Origin: Camelus dromedarius
Taxonomy: Eukaryota
Length of the DNA stretch: 64,000 bases
Assembly: GCF_036321535.1 (NCBI RefSeq)
Contig: NC_087437.1
Coordinates: 43,154,001 to 43,218,000 of the forward strand
Direction of reading: 5' to 3'
Made by a program: the position numbers and the translations under genes
Notes under the pieces: model-generated
What the model was told of the DNA's origin: nothing
The model's input: only the letters and a program-made list of their open reading frames with translations
The model's database searches: none
Shown here: positions 13,635 through 26,484 of the stretch, one piece after another
Position numbering within the stretch: the first letter of the stretch is position 1
How the letters are laid out: the number at the start of each line of letters is the position of its first letter

Positions 13635-13925
13635 ACATGGCACTGTGTGAGAGGCACAGTTCTGGGAGTGACTAGCACAGGGTTAAGTTTTTTCCTTTTT
13701 CTTTCTTTCTTTTTTTTGGGGGGGGGTGTTTTTTGGTCTATTTCCAGGTGACCGCAAGCAAGTTATTTTACCTTTCTAAGCCTCAGTTTCTACATCTGGG
13801 AAAAAAATGGAGATATGAATACTGCTTACCTCATCAGATCTTTTGTGAGAAGTAAGTAAATAATGCATGCACAGTGTCTAGCACACAGTTTTTTGATATA
13901 GATTAGTGATGATAAAATGAATTAG
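13635..13925 (+). mobile_element. MIR SINE interrupted by a T/G homopolymer tract
   Basis: gtgaccgcaagcaagttattttacctttctaagcctcagtttctacatctgg. Confidence 0.8.
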
Positions 13926-16094
13926 CAATCATTTTTACCTCTTGTTGTCTGGTTTTATGATACTTTTATATGAGGTTGAGAGCAATATACAAATGTCTGT
14001 ATTGTTTGTTAAAGAGACAGGGAGAAGGAGAAAGATTTTCAATCTAATTTTCATGCCCACTCTTCCTTATAGACTGGACTGTCTCTGTGCTTAGAGGTGA
14101 AATTCCTCACCTTTCGGTGTTACATTAATTTTTTTCAGATTACTGGGGCCATTTTGTAAATGGTGCATTGGATGGTAACAAGTGGCCTAAAAGCATTAAG
14201 GTAGAGCTTAAGATGTGAGAAAATTTTCTTTCTATATGCTTAATTTCTAGGTAGTTTAACACTATCTGCTTTTTCATATTTTAGTTTATCAAGTCCATAA
14301 ATTCTTCGGAGAATCATTGCTCTGTTGCAGAAGATTGCTGATTTATGGAGCTTTGTATTCTTCTGCAGCTATTAGGCACCCAGTAAATGCTACTTGATGA
14401 TAATGGTGGTGTTCTTTCTCCACAAGAAATGGAAATCCAGGAAAGAAAGTCATCACACTGTAATGCTGAATTATCAAATCAAAGATTTTTTTTTCCATAT
14501 ACAAATGAAAACAGAATCAGGGCTCAGGCGTTCTTCTCTTAAATACCGATTCTTCCACTGATGAGAAGTAAGAGACCTTTAAACCATTCCATTAAATAGA
14601 TTCTGGTCACCTAATGGATTCAAGCACTTTCTAATGGGAGAACAAAATATTCCCCTTTGATATGTAAGGCTTCACCTAGTGATGGCAGGATGCCTTAAAA
14701 TGATAATTGCTTCTCAGATTCAATTGGCCATGATATTTATTCAGTTCTCAGTATACACCTTGTTCTTTACCATGCCCTGTGGTACATACAAAAGAAATAT
14801 GTCCTCCCAAAGCAATATTTTGCTAGATACGTTTTTTATATTATGAAAAAAAAAATCTGAAATTCTTAACAACAAAAACTAGGACTCTCCATCCCCTAAT
14901 TATCTCAAAACCATTTCTTGGATTACTAATCTGTTCAGTCATACCCATAAAACATGGTTAAATCTTTGCAATAGCCAATCTTAGGGACATTTATTCATTG
15001 TTCTATTGTGTAAAAATGATAAAATTAAGACAAATGCCTGTTCTAAATAACAGTTTTAGATGAACTAATTATACAGTGAGGCTGACACATACATGTTTTC
15101 ACTCATATTGTAGAATTACTTCAGCTGTCTTATGTACACTTAGTTTAATAATTGTATGAGTTATTAAATCACTTGTCACAATGCTTTTTTTAATGAATTG
15201 AAGGGGGGCCAATCTATAATTAATCTAAATTTTCTTTTATTTGGATTAATATCATTACATAGTTTGTAAAACACATAAGACTTCACTCCTATAACCTGTA
15301 ACATAACTCTTTATTTTTGCTTTTATATTCACCTTTCTAGTCTTTCTACTCTCATTCATAGTTGTAATCAAAATTGATAATGATATGGAAGCTGAAATAC
15401 ATTTCCAATTCGAAAATAGGACATGGCCTTACAAGTATGGGATACCTCATTTAAAAAAAAAACTTACAAAACCTTACCTCAAAGACAAACATATGACTCT
15501 GATTTAAAACTTGATAGCAAATTGTGCATTATAGAGCTGTGCATACATAGTTATTTTCAGTAACTTGATTATTTATTTTTGTATTATGCCCTACTTTTAT
15601 TTGTTTTTTAGTTCTCTGAACATGAATAAGCCTTTTTCTTTACTTTTCTTAAGGAAAAGAGAGATTTAAAATGTAGGTGCCACCTTCATCTTAATTTTAT
15701 TCTGCCTTCTACCTACTTTATCTATTTTTTTCCATTTCAGAGCCCAAATTTCATGATGATTCACCAAGCATGAACATAAGATAAAAGAATTCAAGCTAAA
15801 TGTCACCAATACAGTTAAAAACATGCATCCATAAATTTTAGGACAAATCCAAAATCACCCTGACATTAAATATGTTAGTCCACTCTTGTCAAGCTCTTTT
15901 CTTCTTGGTTTGCTTTGACCTAAATTTCCAACCTGATATTCTTATTCAAACGTGTCATGAGGGCAGCCAGATGGCCTGATTTTTCCAGGGCAGAAGTGAA
16001 AACGGTTCTGCTTTTTCATGGATTATTTGAAATAAGTTGCTCTTGCAGTGACTATAAATGTAAATTTCCCGTCTCAGCTAAGCCGCAGAAAGGG

Positions 16095-16260
16095 AGGTTT
16101 AAAGTCACAGATTCTGAGTCCTTTGTCTTCAATACTGAGTCATCGTGTAACCTCTGTGGCCTTGACTTCTTGTTTTTCAATCTTGAAAATGGGAATTATA
16201 ATAAGATAGAATGTTTTATGTCCTAAGGTTTTGGAGGAAGAATAGTGGAGAAACGTGTAG
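16095..16260 (+). mobile_element. MIR SINE fragment
   Basis: tgtaacctctgtggccttgacttcttg...aaaatgggaattataata. Confidence 0.55.
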
Positions 16261-17395
16261 GAGTAGCAGCAGGTAATTTTTTGAGGACTGGTTAACAGAG
16301 ACATTGTGAAGTGCCTCAGAGATAATAAGCTCCTCTCCCCCACCCAGTGGGGAGAAAATTGCCCACTATTGGGAGGGTTAGAGGACGATAAGAAAAGAAA
16401 AAGAAAAAAGGACCTTGCTGGTCACAGAGGTACCATTTAGTGCACTGGAGCATAATTTATTAAGTGGACCTTTGTGGCTAAAAAGAGCTAATTCACCTAC
16501 CAAACTGAGCAAATTTACATTCTTCCCATCTGAAGGATGAGACTCTGCATAGCTAGTTATTCATCTTTTGGGAAATAACTTGGTAAGATATGAGCAATGG
16601 AGTAAATCAGCAAAATGAAATGTATTCCCCAAAGCCAAAAACCACAGGCTCCTGGGAAATATACTAAAATATTATTGTTAATTGTATATCTACAGAAATT
16701 CTTGTAAATGCACTCATGTTAATCACTACTGCTGAAGTGCTCTATTTCCTTACTTTTTATAATGTTCCGTTTCTTGGAAAAATACAAGATAATTTTAAAA
16801 GCAATCAAAAGAGCCAGATTAGTTCATTTTAATTAAATCTTACAGAAAACGGCCTTGTTACAAATGTGAATCCTAGTTAGTGACTTTCTCAAGGTGAGAA
16901 AAGCTATACCCAGACCTCCCTGTTACTACAGTATACTTTATACTCTACAGGTAGAAACAAATAAATTCCACCATCATTAAGACTATATGCAGAAAGCTGA
17001 GCAGTAGTGGTTTATGTTTTCATAATGAGCTTCTGGTGTTGCAGAACTTCTGTCATAAATTTTATGGAGTTTTCATGGCATCTGTACGTAATGAAATGCC
17101 TGTTTTCTCCTCTCTGATGTATCATCTCTAAGCAGAAACCTGTATTTGTGTTTTTGGTATCTAGCTATTACCTGAATCTAACCTAGTCTCCAAAGACTTC
17201 TGTCACATTTATTTTTTGCATGCGAAAGATTTTCCTATAAAAGCTATGACTTATAGATGGAAGGGAAGCCAATTATCAGGAAGCTAAAGGGGAGGGCTAA
17301 TATGTATATTTGGGAGTGGCTAATAGAAATCTTAAAATCTAAACCTCTCAGATGTACCAGAAAATTCTGTTAAAGTTTAAAGTTTTTTTGAATCA

Positions 17396-17856
17396 TGTAG
17401 TCAAAATAATGGCCCCAAAGATGTCCATTTTCTAATCTCTGGAATCTATGAATATGTTACCTTATAGGGCAAAAGAGACTTGGCAGATGGAATTAAGTCT
17501 CTTGAGGTGAGGAAATTATGCTGGATTATCTGGGTGGATGCGGTGTAATCACAAGCGTGGGGTGATTATGGGGGTCCTTACGGGTGGGAGACCTGAGAGT
17601 TAGGGTCAGAGAAGAAGATGTGGGGAAGGCAGAGTGTTGCAGCCTTAAGCCAGGAATGAGGGTTGCCTCTGGAAGCTAGAGAGGACAAGGAAGCAATTCC
17701 TGGGAACCTCCAGAAATAATGCAGCCCTGCTGACACCTTAATTGAGCCCAGTGAATCTGGTTTTAGACTTATGACTTCCAGAACCGTCAGAGAGTGAATC
17801 TCTGGCATTTTAAGCCAATAAAATATGTGGCAATTTGTTAATAGGAAACTAATACA
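17396..17856 (+). mobile_element. MaLR solo LTR (MLT1D-like)
   Basis: TG...CA ends; aataatggccccaaagatgtcc, atgaatatgttacctta, ctggattatctgggtgg, gcagccctgctgacacctt, gcaatttgtta..ggaaactaataca. Confidence 0.9.
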
Positions 17857-20800
17857 CAGCTGTTAACCTGACTTTTCAACTTTAGAATATAGAAGTTTGA
17901 GGTTTAAATTGAAACACAGTGATTCAGACATGACCCTGAGCCATACTCTTTGTCCTTTTCAAATAATATAGCTAGAATATATCTGAGGGCTACCAGCCTG
18001 TTGCATTTGAATAACTAAAGCCAGAGGAGATAAATGACCTGCTCGAGGGAACACAGCTCATTGGCATCCAACATGAAGCTAACTTTGGGTTACTTGAGAC
18101 TCTTAGACCACCGATATGTAATTTTGATCAAACTACCTCTGTTTCATGATATGAAAGCATTTGTCTACAAAAGGTCAGTGTTTAAGAGTGTTTTTAAATG
18201 TGATAAGGAATAGGGGTAAAATTGAATGTGAGGGTGATGGGGGAAGGCTGGAGAGGGGTCACTACAGAACAAGAGTTTGTATCTGCCCTGCTAAGTTCCA
18301 GACTGGGTAGATAGTCGTGAATGGATTAGCCATGACCCCTGCCCTCTTGGTACCTATGAGTTAGGAAAGCAAACATAAACAAATATAATTATAATTAATT
18401 AATAACTTACAAGGAGTAAGATCCTACAAAGAAATATTCAATCACAAAAATAAGGAATTTTTCTCTTAATCTGTATGGTCTTTGAATAAGATGATGACAG
18501 AAAAAGAATTTAGTTTCACCCAGAGACCATTATAATTTTGAGCTATTGTTTTTGCTCTGCAAAGATTTAAAATCACCTTTTACTCTGGGGAAGGATGGAC
18601 ATATGTGTATTTCAATGTCTTTTGAAACATACTTGTGTGTATTTTAGAAGCTCAGGTTTGTTAATGACACTTCACTGAAATACCATCAGTTTCTATGGAG
18701 ACACTAACTATTGTGCAGTTAAGAGGGGGAAAAAAAAAGACTCCTCTGCTTCCCTGTGGCTTTAAAACTGTTTTACTTGTTTTCCTAGTCCACACATTCA
18801 GAAATAAAATTTAAACAGTTTTCTTTTCAAGCAATATTACTTGAATGCCAATAGGATTCTCTTTAATTTCACAAAGACTATAAATGTTTGCAAATTAAAC
18901 ACAGTCCAACAGAAAATGAGGTCTTCCCTGACCATCCCATTTTAATGGCAAAGATAGTATTTCCTCTGTGTGATTTATAGATCTAGAATTTTTTTGGCAT
19001 TCTATTATGTAAGTTCCTTTTAAAATAACTTATATGTTAAACACTACCAATAACTTCAACTTTGGACTCTTGCACAGCTGTGGTGTGTAGATAACTTCCA
19101 TTTATATTAACTGAAGTTACATTTGCATGCTAGTAGGAAAATACCCTTTATACAACCAAATTAGTACAAAGCTATATGAAAGAGCACATCTTTTCTACTT
19201 AGAAGAGGCATGGCAATTCTATTTAATAAAGAAATTCACATTAGTGTTTGTTTCCTTGATTCTGATGGGTCCATTCTGTTTTCTTTTGCATCATTCATTT
19301 TAAATAAATTTTTTTTAAAAAAAGTATTTGGTAAACAACAGATAGGATTCCCTGCTCTGAACTCCCATTTTATACTGGCTTTACTTACTGGGTGAATCTT
19401 TTGATTCATTTTGATTCCTCCTTAAAATAGGATTCTCAGCCTTAATAAGAGTTGTTTTTTTTTTAAGTTCTATGAAATACTGAATCACATACATGTCAGT
19501 AAATATTATGGTTGGTGAAGGCTTAAAACCATTCCTGAAAATGGTTGTAAGAAATAAAAAAAAAATTACTCCTGAATTCATACATTCAAATGCACTTCAG
19601 TATCAAAGTTAAACATTAAGTGTTAGCAGTGAATCCATGGAGATAGTGTCATACTTTGCAGTCTGAGTCCTTTTAAGTAGCACAAGGTCTTCAGCATAAT
19701 TAGCACAGAATATTGAACCCTGCCAGAAATATGGGGTTCATCATTAGATTTAGAGGCTTCTTTATCTCTCTGAGTCTAATCATGTGTGCAGAAGACTAAT
19801 TGTTAATAGCATGGTCTTTATTGCTCATAGCTTTCTTTCATTTTAAATGGAATGGTCTGCTTTGTGAGAAATAATTAGGTTTTATAGGCCTACCTTCATA
19901 GAGCCTTTTGTTGAATGTCTTATGGTTTTGCCAATTCAGATCCTGAGAGCAATTAGGGGCTGTGGCGGAACTGTTCCTTAAATCACACACATATTGTGTT
20001 ATTGCCTGCCATTTATTTATTTATTTATTTAACCTGCAGTAGCAGATGCAGACGCTTCAGTTGCTTGCGAGTACACAGGGTAATTGTTAGCCAGTGCAAA
20101 ACCTTGGTTTGGGATACGTAACCCAGGGAGAGGAGCATGTTATGTAAATCTGCCACATGGCAATGTGTCCTGATATCTGACATTGTCCCCACAATTATTA
20201 TGTTCTGAATTGTAGAAGAACAAGTCTTTAACTCTTCTCTAAAACGTCAGGGAGGTTTCATTGTTTAAAATGATGGTCAGAGTTGGTCAAACAGTAGTCT
20301 TTAGAAAGTATGGATTTGTCCAACCAAAATACTTTATTTGCTTTCCATAGTCAGTTAGGAATTATTTGTTGTTCCGTGAGGTCAGTAATGATTGGGGACG
20401 CTTTTCAAAAGTGTTCATAGCAGTTGTTACAATCAACATTTCATTTCTGAGAGTTCAATTTATATGATGAGTCAGAGACTCCCCTGGTGAGATCTGATAG
20501 AAGCATTGTTAAAAATCTTGTGACGTTTAATAGTATTTTGAGAGAAATTCGTGTTATGGTGGAAAATTTTGCTGAAAAATTTTGGCTACTTTGCCTCTTT
20601 ACTTTCTCCATGACACAGAAGGACTCAATGAGACGACTGTTAATAATTTAATGATGATGAAAGTCACTGTTGTTTCTATATTAAAATGCCTATAAAAAGT
20701 GCATGTTACTTGAAGTTGTCAAATAGTGGCAGAGTTGGTATTCACTTTCCAAAACTCTCCCGTCAAGTGACAGGAAACTGTGTATACTGTTGCATTTGAC

Positions 20801-21304
20801 TTGAACTTAACAGTGCACTTCTCTGTATCTTCAGTATGTTAGCCAGTCACCATTTGCTCAGGCAACTCTACTCCTGCTACCGTATAATCAATAACAGTCA
20901 GGGTACTTTCAATCTTGACAATTTTCTTTAGTGGAAAATGACTTTGCATAGACTTTTTACCATCCCAACTGACAAGCCATCTTTACTGAGATCTACAGTA
21001 TCAGGCATTGTCAACCTCAAAAAGGCACTGACAGCTTTAGACATATGCATGTACAAATCAATATTATTTTTCAACTAATATGCTTTGGAAACTCTTCTTT
21101 AAAAAAAAAACTGAAAGAATAGAAACTAGTTAAATTTGTGACCTAAATCTGGTGGCAAACCTGAAGCTAAGTTTGAAAAACGTCATTTGAAGTTGCAGGA
21201 TCCACAGTGAAATATACTGACGGGGAGTGGGGTGGGCCTGTCATTTTTTATATAAATAAATAGGTCATTGTGAAAATGTTTTCACAGCAACCAGTGGTAC
21301 TAAG

Positions 21305-21566
21305 TTTTTTCTTTTCTTTCTTTCTTTCTTTTCTTTTCTTTTCTTTTCTTTTCTTTTCTTTTCTTTTCTTTTCTTTTCTTTTCTTTTCCTTCCTTCCTTC
21401 CTTCCTTCCTTCCTTCCTTCCTTCCTTCCTTCCTTCCTTCCTTCCTTTTCCTTCCTTCCTTCCTTCCTTTTCCTTCCTTCCTTCCTTCCTTCCTTCCTTC
21501 CTTCCTTCTCCTTCCTTCCTTCCCTCTCCCTCTCTCCCCCTCTCTATCCCTCCATCCCTTTCTCCC
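21305..21566. repeat. Compound polypyrimidine microsatellite (TTTC)n-(TTTTC)n-(TTCC)n
   Basis: About 260 bp, almost purely C/T, read directly. Confidence 0.98.
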
Positions 21567-22199
21567 TACACCTTTGTATTACCTGGCAGATTCCATTTTG
21601 AGTAATAGACTCAGACAGGTAAAAATGCATATTGTTGCTTTGACACGTACATAAAATTTTTGAAATTCTAAGAGGGGTTTACAGTTGTATAAGTAATTGG
21701 CTAATTAAAATACTGTTGAAAGATTATTTGAGGGAGCATTTCTTTTTGTGGAAAAGAGATGAAGAAAATAGAAAATCCAAGAATAACCTTAGGAGGTATA
21801 AAGTTTTATTTGAAATAATTGATATTTTTGGTCTTCAGAACAAATGAAAGTATTATTCTGTCATCAAGCAGGAAACCTAACCTATCCGTCCTTTTTTTTC
21901 TTTCGGACATTTTGGCACAAAAAAACCTTGTTTATATTTATGAAAATCAGTTGTTGTAGTGCTGTTTTGTGGTCTTCAGATCAAACATAATTAAGGAAAA
22001 ATTCTAAATAAGGTTGCGATTATTTGAGTAATTTACCCCTCAGATGCAATAAGGTTGGGGAGAATTATGTATTATGAGTTATGACAACTTATAGTGATTA
22101 AACTTACAGTAATTAAACTAGAAATAATTTGCATACTCCTTGCATTCAGTGCTATTGTTAAGTAGAACTTGAAAGTTCCTTGCAGTCCTATATTCAGAG

Positions 22200-22745
22200 A
22201 GAAATACTGTGTATGATTTGGTGCCCACCTTTCCATACTCGTTATGTATACGTACATGTATTTTACCTACTACAGTGCAGACATGCTGTATTTACTGTTC
22301 CATCATTTACTCTCTTCATTTAACAATGTAATGTTGATTTCTTAATGCATTTAGATCTACCAGTTTTTAGAAATAGATGTTCCATAATTTATTTTTAAAA
22401 TTACATGTGATGAAGAGTTGGACTGTTTTCACATTTCCTCCATTATAAATACTACTACTACTATCCTGTGCTACTATAATTAATGTGCTGTTGCGTGTAT
22501 CTTTGCATACTTGGTCAATTATCTAAGTGTAGGTTCCTGGAATTAGATTTGCTGACTCAAATATTTTACACTCCCACTGTCAACGTATGAAAATATCAAT
22601 CAACATGTGAAAATTTGGGTTTCCACATCCCTCAGTTACATTGTCCTTTATTATCTTTTTTTCTGTTCTGAGTTCCTCTGATAGGTTAAAGTATATCAGA
22701 TTGGTTTTTAAATCTGCTGCTCTTTGTTATTAGTAAGCTGTTGTC
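22200..22745 (-). mobile_element. Old L1 (L1ME/MC-like) 3' fragment
   Basis: ttcctggaattagatttgctgactcaa, ttttacactcccactgtcaacgtatga and tttccacatccct match antisense L1M 3' sequence. Confidence 0.65.
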
Positions 22746-22779
22746 TCTTCAGCGGTCAGGTTTAGCAGGTATTACCAAA

Positions 22780-22950
22780 CCTGTAGATGTGGATATCTCC
22801 CTATAGATATCCCTGTTATATGGTATAGATGTAGCTCTAGACATAGTTATAGATATAGTTATAAACACAGATGTAGCCATAGATATAGAATATGGACGTA
22901 GGCAAGGACCCACACACCCCACACACCCACACACCCACACACTCACACAC
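22780..22950. repeat. Degenerate (TAGATA)n followed by (CACACC)n
   Basis: gtagatgtggatat...atagatatag..., then cccacacacccc acacacccacacacccacac. Confidence 0.85.
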
Positions 22951-22959
22951 ATTTTTTCC

Positions 22960-23312
22960 CATTGGAAGCTTTTGCTTATGCTGTTTCATTTACCTAGAAA
23001 CTTTGATTTCTCCCTGTATACCTTGATTCATCGTAGGAAGCTGAGCTCACATTCTGCTGTCCCTGGTGAGCCATAAGCGTTTTTGATTGCTCTTGTCAGA
23101 AGTCTTACCTCCCTCCTTAGAACATCTACGATGCCCTGCACTCCTCCGGGACACTCAGACTTTCTCCTTAGACGCCTATTCTCTTTCATTTGACTTAGGT
23201 GTTTCTCAGCTTCAGTATTAGCAGGTAAGCTCCTTGGTTGCAGGAACTATGTCTGATCTATCTTTCATCCTCCCAGACATCTTTTGACTTGGCAATATTT
23301 ATTGATTTGGGT
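22960..23312 (+). mobile_element. L2 LINE 3' region
   Basis: tttgcttatgctgtttc..cctagaaac...gtaagctccttggttgcaggaactatgtctg...aatatttattgattt. Confidence 0.75.
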
Positions 23313-23384
23313 AAAGTAATGTCAGTGTTGTGTACTTAAGAATTCCCATTGTTGTCTGCCACAAAGTGTGTGATTTTTGAGAAA

Positions 23385-23600
23385 TACGGTGTTTTGGAAA
23401 AGAATACAGGATAGGAGTCAGAGATTTTGCCATATAATTGCTATGTGATTTGGGAGATTTTCCTCATCTTCTATGAACCTGTTTAATTCCTCTGTGAAAT
23501 GAAGATAATGACAATATACTTCAGATAGTAGTAATGAAAAATAAATAAGATAATAGTTTGACAAGTGCTTTGTACGTTTTTCTGTCATAAATATAATACA
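23385..23600 (+). mobile_element. MIR SINE
   Basis: ggaaaagaatacaggataggagtcagag...ctatgtgatttggg...tctgtgaaatgaagataat. Confidence 0.8.
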
Positions 23601-26344
23601 TTGAAGATGTGAGTTTTTATGTCAAGGAAGTAAATAAGAAGACTAAGTTCCCCTCTCCCGAAATGTACCCAATGATGTGAATCTTAAGTCCGTGAATAGA
23701 TAAAAAGATTCTAGATGTAAATGTTATAACCATATGCATCCATTAGAAATTGTTTAGTAAAAGTCGAAAGAAAAATTAACTCACAAATAGGGTTTTATAT
23801 ACTCTCTTTCCTGTATGATAGAATAGTTAAATTAATGGCCAAATTTAATTAAGAAACTGAAAAATTACAGCATTGCCTGCTGCCAATTCTAAACCCAGTG
23901 GACTGTGAGATAGGGATATGGTAACACTCAAAATTACCTCACCATTGTTGAATATTAAGGCAATTTTGCTACCTATCTTCAGAAGTAAAACAGCCCTTGC
24001 AATTACATTTTGTAATTTGTTATTGGTTCAAACATTAACGACTTTTACTGTAATAAATGGATCATCACAGGTGAAAAAGCACAGTTTTAATTAACAGTGA
24101 CACGTAAAACTCCTTACAGTCAGATTGAATTTATATTAGTAATTATATAAGAAATTATATTTTGAACATCGCAGTTTTACATTGAGGTTAAGTGTACTAA
24201 TTATAGTCTTACCCCTAACATTTTGTGGGGCATAGGGAAATATTTTAAAAATTGTAAAATAAGTTAACGAACTGTTAAGTATGTTCTTTTCTCCTACCTT
24301 GATTAAATATACTTTCATCATGACCGAGAGGTGCAGGTTTGAATTCAGAATTCAAACTCTTGGACTTGCGTGTCAGACCTGTGGCCTGATGCTTCACTTT
24401 TCCACCCCCTGCTCAGTGCTACAGCACGAGGGGTTTTGTGCTCCAGTTCTCATGAACCATATTTCTGAGTCCTTTACCACTACTTCCCAGCCCCCAAAGC
24501 ACTGTCTTGACCAACCCTCTGGTCTAGAAATACACACATCAGCAGAGTATTCTACCTTCAGGAGGACGGAGCAGGAAAGAGGTCTCCAAGGTCCTGGATT
24601 AAGTTTAGGAGCATTAGAGCAGGAGATGCCAGAGTTTTAGGTATCTTGGAGAACGGTCTAGAAAAGGTACCATAAGCTGCAGGTGGACACACCCGTTTGG
24701 CCCTGCAGGTTCTTTGTCACTTGAGGAGGGCAGAATGCCAGGGGGCTACAGTGAGGCCGTGTAAAACACAGGGCCCAGGGGCCCACCTCCCCTGAGTCCA
24801 GAGGTGATGATGCTTACACGTGGAGCACTGGACTGTATTTCACAGAAATCAACTAGATAATGCCAGAAATATCTCAATGATAATAATGTCTAGTGCACTA
24901 ATTTTAAACTATATGCACTTCATATAATAAAAGAAGGCTTTATATTTAAACCAATGCATTATTTGGAATTTTAATTTTGTTTTAAAACCAAGGTTTCTGT
25001 CTAATGTGATTTCTGTTGAGTTGTAGTATTGTTTCTTTTTTAACATATTTGTACGGCATATAGTTACTGAGAAAATCTTCAAGTCAAAGTCACGAAGCAT
25101 ACCAAATAATTCACAGCTATGGGTGTATGCCCCAGTTAGGAGAGTCTAAGTATTTGTCTAAAAGGACTAATAACTAATTCATATATGCTCGTATACCAAT
25201 AACACGGTAGACGTGTATATATCTAGAAAAGCATAGGAAGCGTTAGAAGCATAGTGTTCTAACAATCAATCAGATTGTAGACAGTAGTTTCCATGAGGGT
25301 GGATTCTACATTTTACAAACTCTTTGTGTTTTTAGTACTTTTATAATATTTTAAAAGCTAAGGCATTGATAGACTTTAAAGACATAAATACCTAATGCAA
25401 TACGTATATGTTGAATTTTAACTATTTGTCCATCTAAAGTTACTTTTGCTTTTGTAACATGCCAAACTGATGATAGACATATCTTTATTAAATTTGACAT
25501 TCAGTAGACACAACAAATTATGGATTTTCAAATATTTAATGAATGAATATATTTTTAATCTGATATTTAATCTGTAAGAAAATTTAAATTAATATACCAA
25601 AAGATACAGTAGAAAGTATTAGCCTTACATAAAATAGAAAAGTACCAACACGCTGCCCAGCACGCCCTTCTTGACTTCTTTGGAACCTTGTAGATTCTGG
25701 AATCTCACTACTGCCAGGTTTACCATTTCATTAATGCTCTATTATTAGCTGTATTCCTACTCACATTAAAAATAACAAAATCTCTGCATTGATTCCCGAG
25801 GATTCATGCATTTCTTTCTTACTTGACTGTCTAGCACAGTCTAATTTTTCAGCATTTAAGTACCTTAAACTAAGTTTTAAAAGCAGTATTTCTGAATTAT
25901 TTCCAATTATTACCTATTAAAGGTGAGTCATCTTGCTTAAAGGTAATGTAATTTTCTAAAACTTGAGGTATGTATAGTAGTCTGTAAATCTAGGTCTGCA
26001 ACACAGACTGCCTCACAGCACACAAATGCAGTGTCTCTGATAGCAGGGCTTTTGTTAAATTAATGAAACCTTAATAATTAAATTTTTAATTGTATCTGTA
26101 AATTTTTTGTTAACTGAGGATCTTTTCACAATGAAGTCCCTTTATCCCTGGGACACTTTGGAGGTAATACATACCTTTAGGGGCATCTAATTCAGACTTC
26201 GCAAATTCAAAAGCGTAACAAGAACCAGTTAAGTACCATGAGAGAGTAGATTGGGTAGCCCTTAGGAAAACAGAGGCTCGTGGTTTCTGCGGTGACCTGG
26301 GAGTGCACATACGTCCTAAAAGCCTCCTATTAGAAATCTTCTAC

Positions 26345-26484
26345 TTATTTATTTTTATTTTTGGTGGGGAGAGGGAGGTAATTAGGTTTATTTATTTATT
26401 TATCTTTAATGGAGGTACTGAGGATTGAACCCGGGACCTTGTGCATGCAAGGCACGCACTCCGCCACTGAGCTATACCCTCCCC
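26345..26484 (-). mobile_element. Vic-1-type tRNA(Ala)-derived SINE (camelid)
   Basis: Reverse complement GGGGAGGGTATAGCTCAGTGG...GGTTCAATCC...TACCTCCA with A and B boxes, then (TAAA)n CCTAATTACCTCCC and an A-rich tail. Imperfect flanking direct repeat tagaaatctt (26331) / tagacctctt (26487). Confidence 0.9.

Noticed and set aside
15753..15863. Possible C/D snoRNA (ATGATGA...CTGA)
   Set aside because: No terminal stem, no clear C'/D' boxes and no recognisable rRNA antisense element
21270..21605. 111-aa ORF rich in F/S/L/P
   Set aside because: Translation of the pyrimidine microsatellite, which cannot contain stop codons
26411..26484. tRNA-Ala-like gene
   Set aside because: Followed by SINE body, A-rich tail and flanking direct repeat, so it is a SINE head
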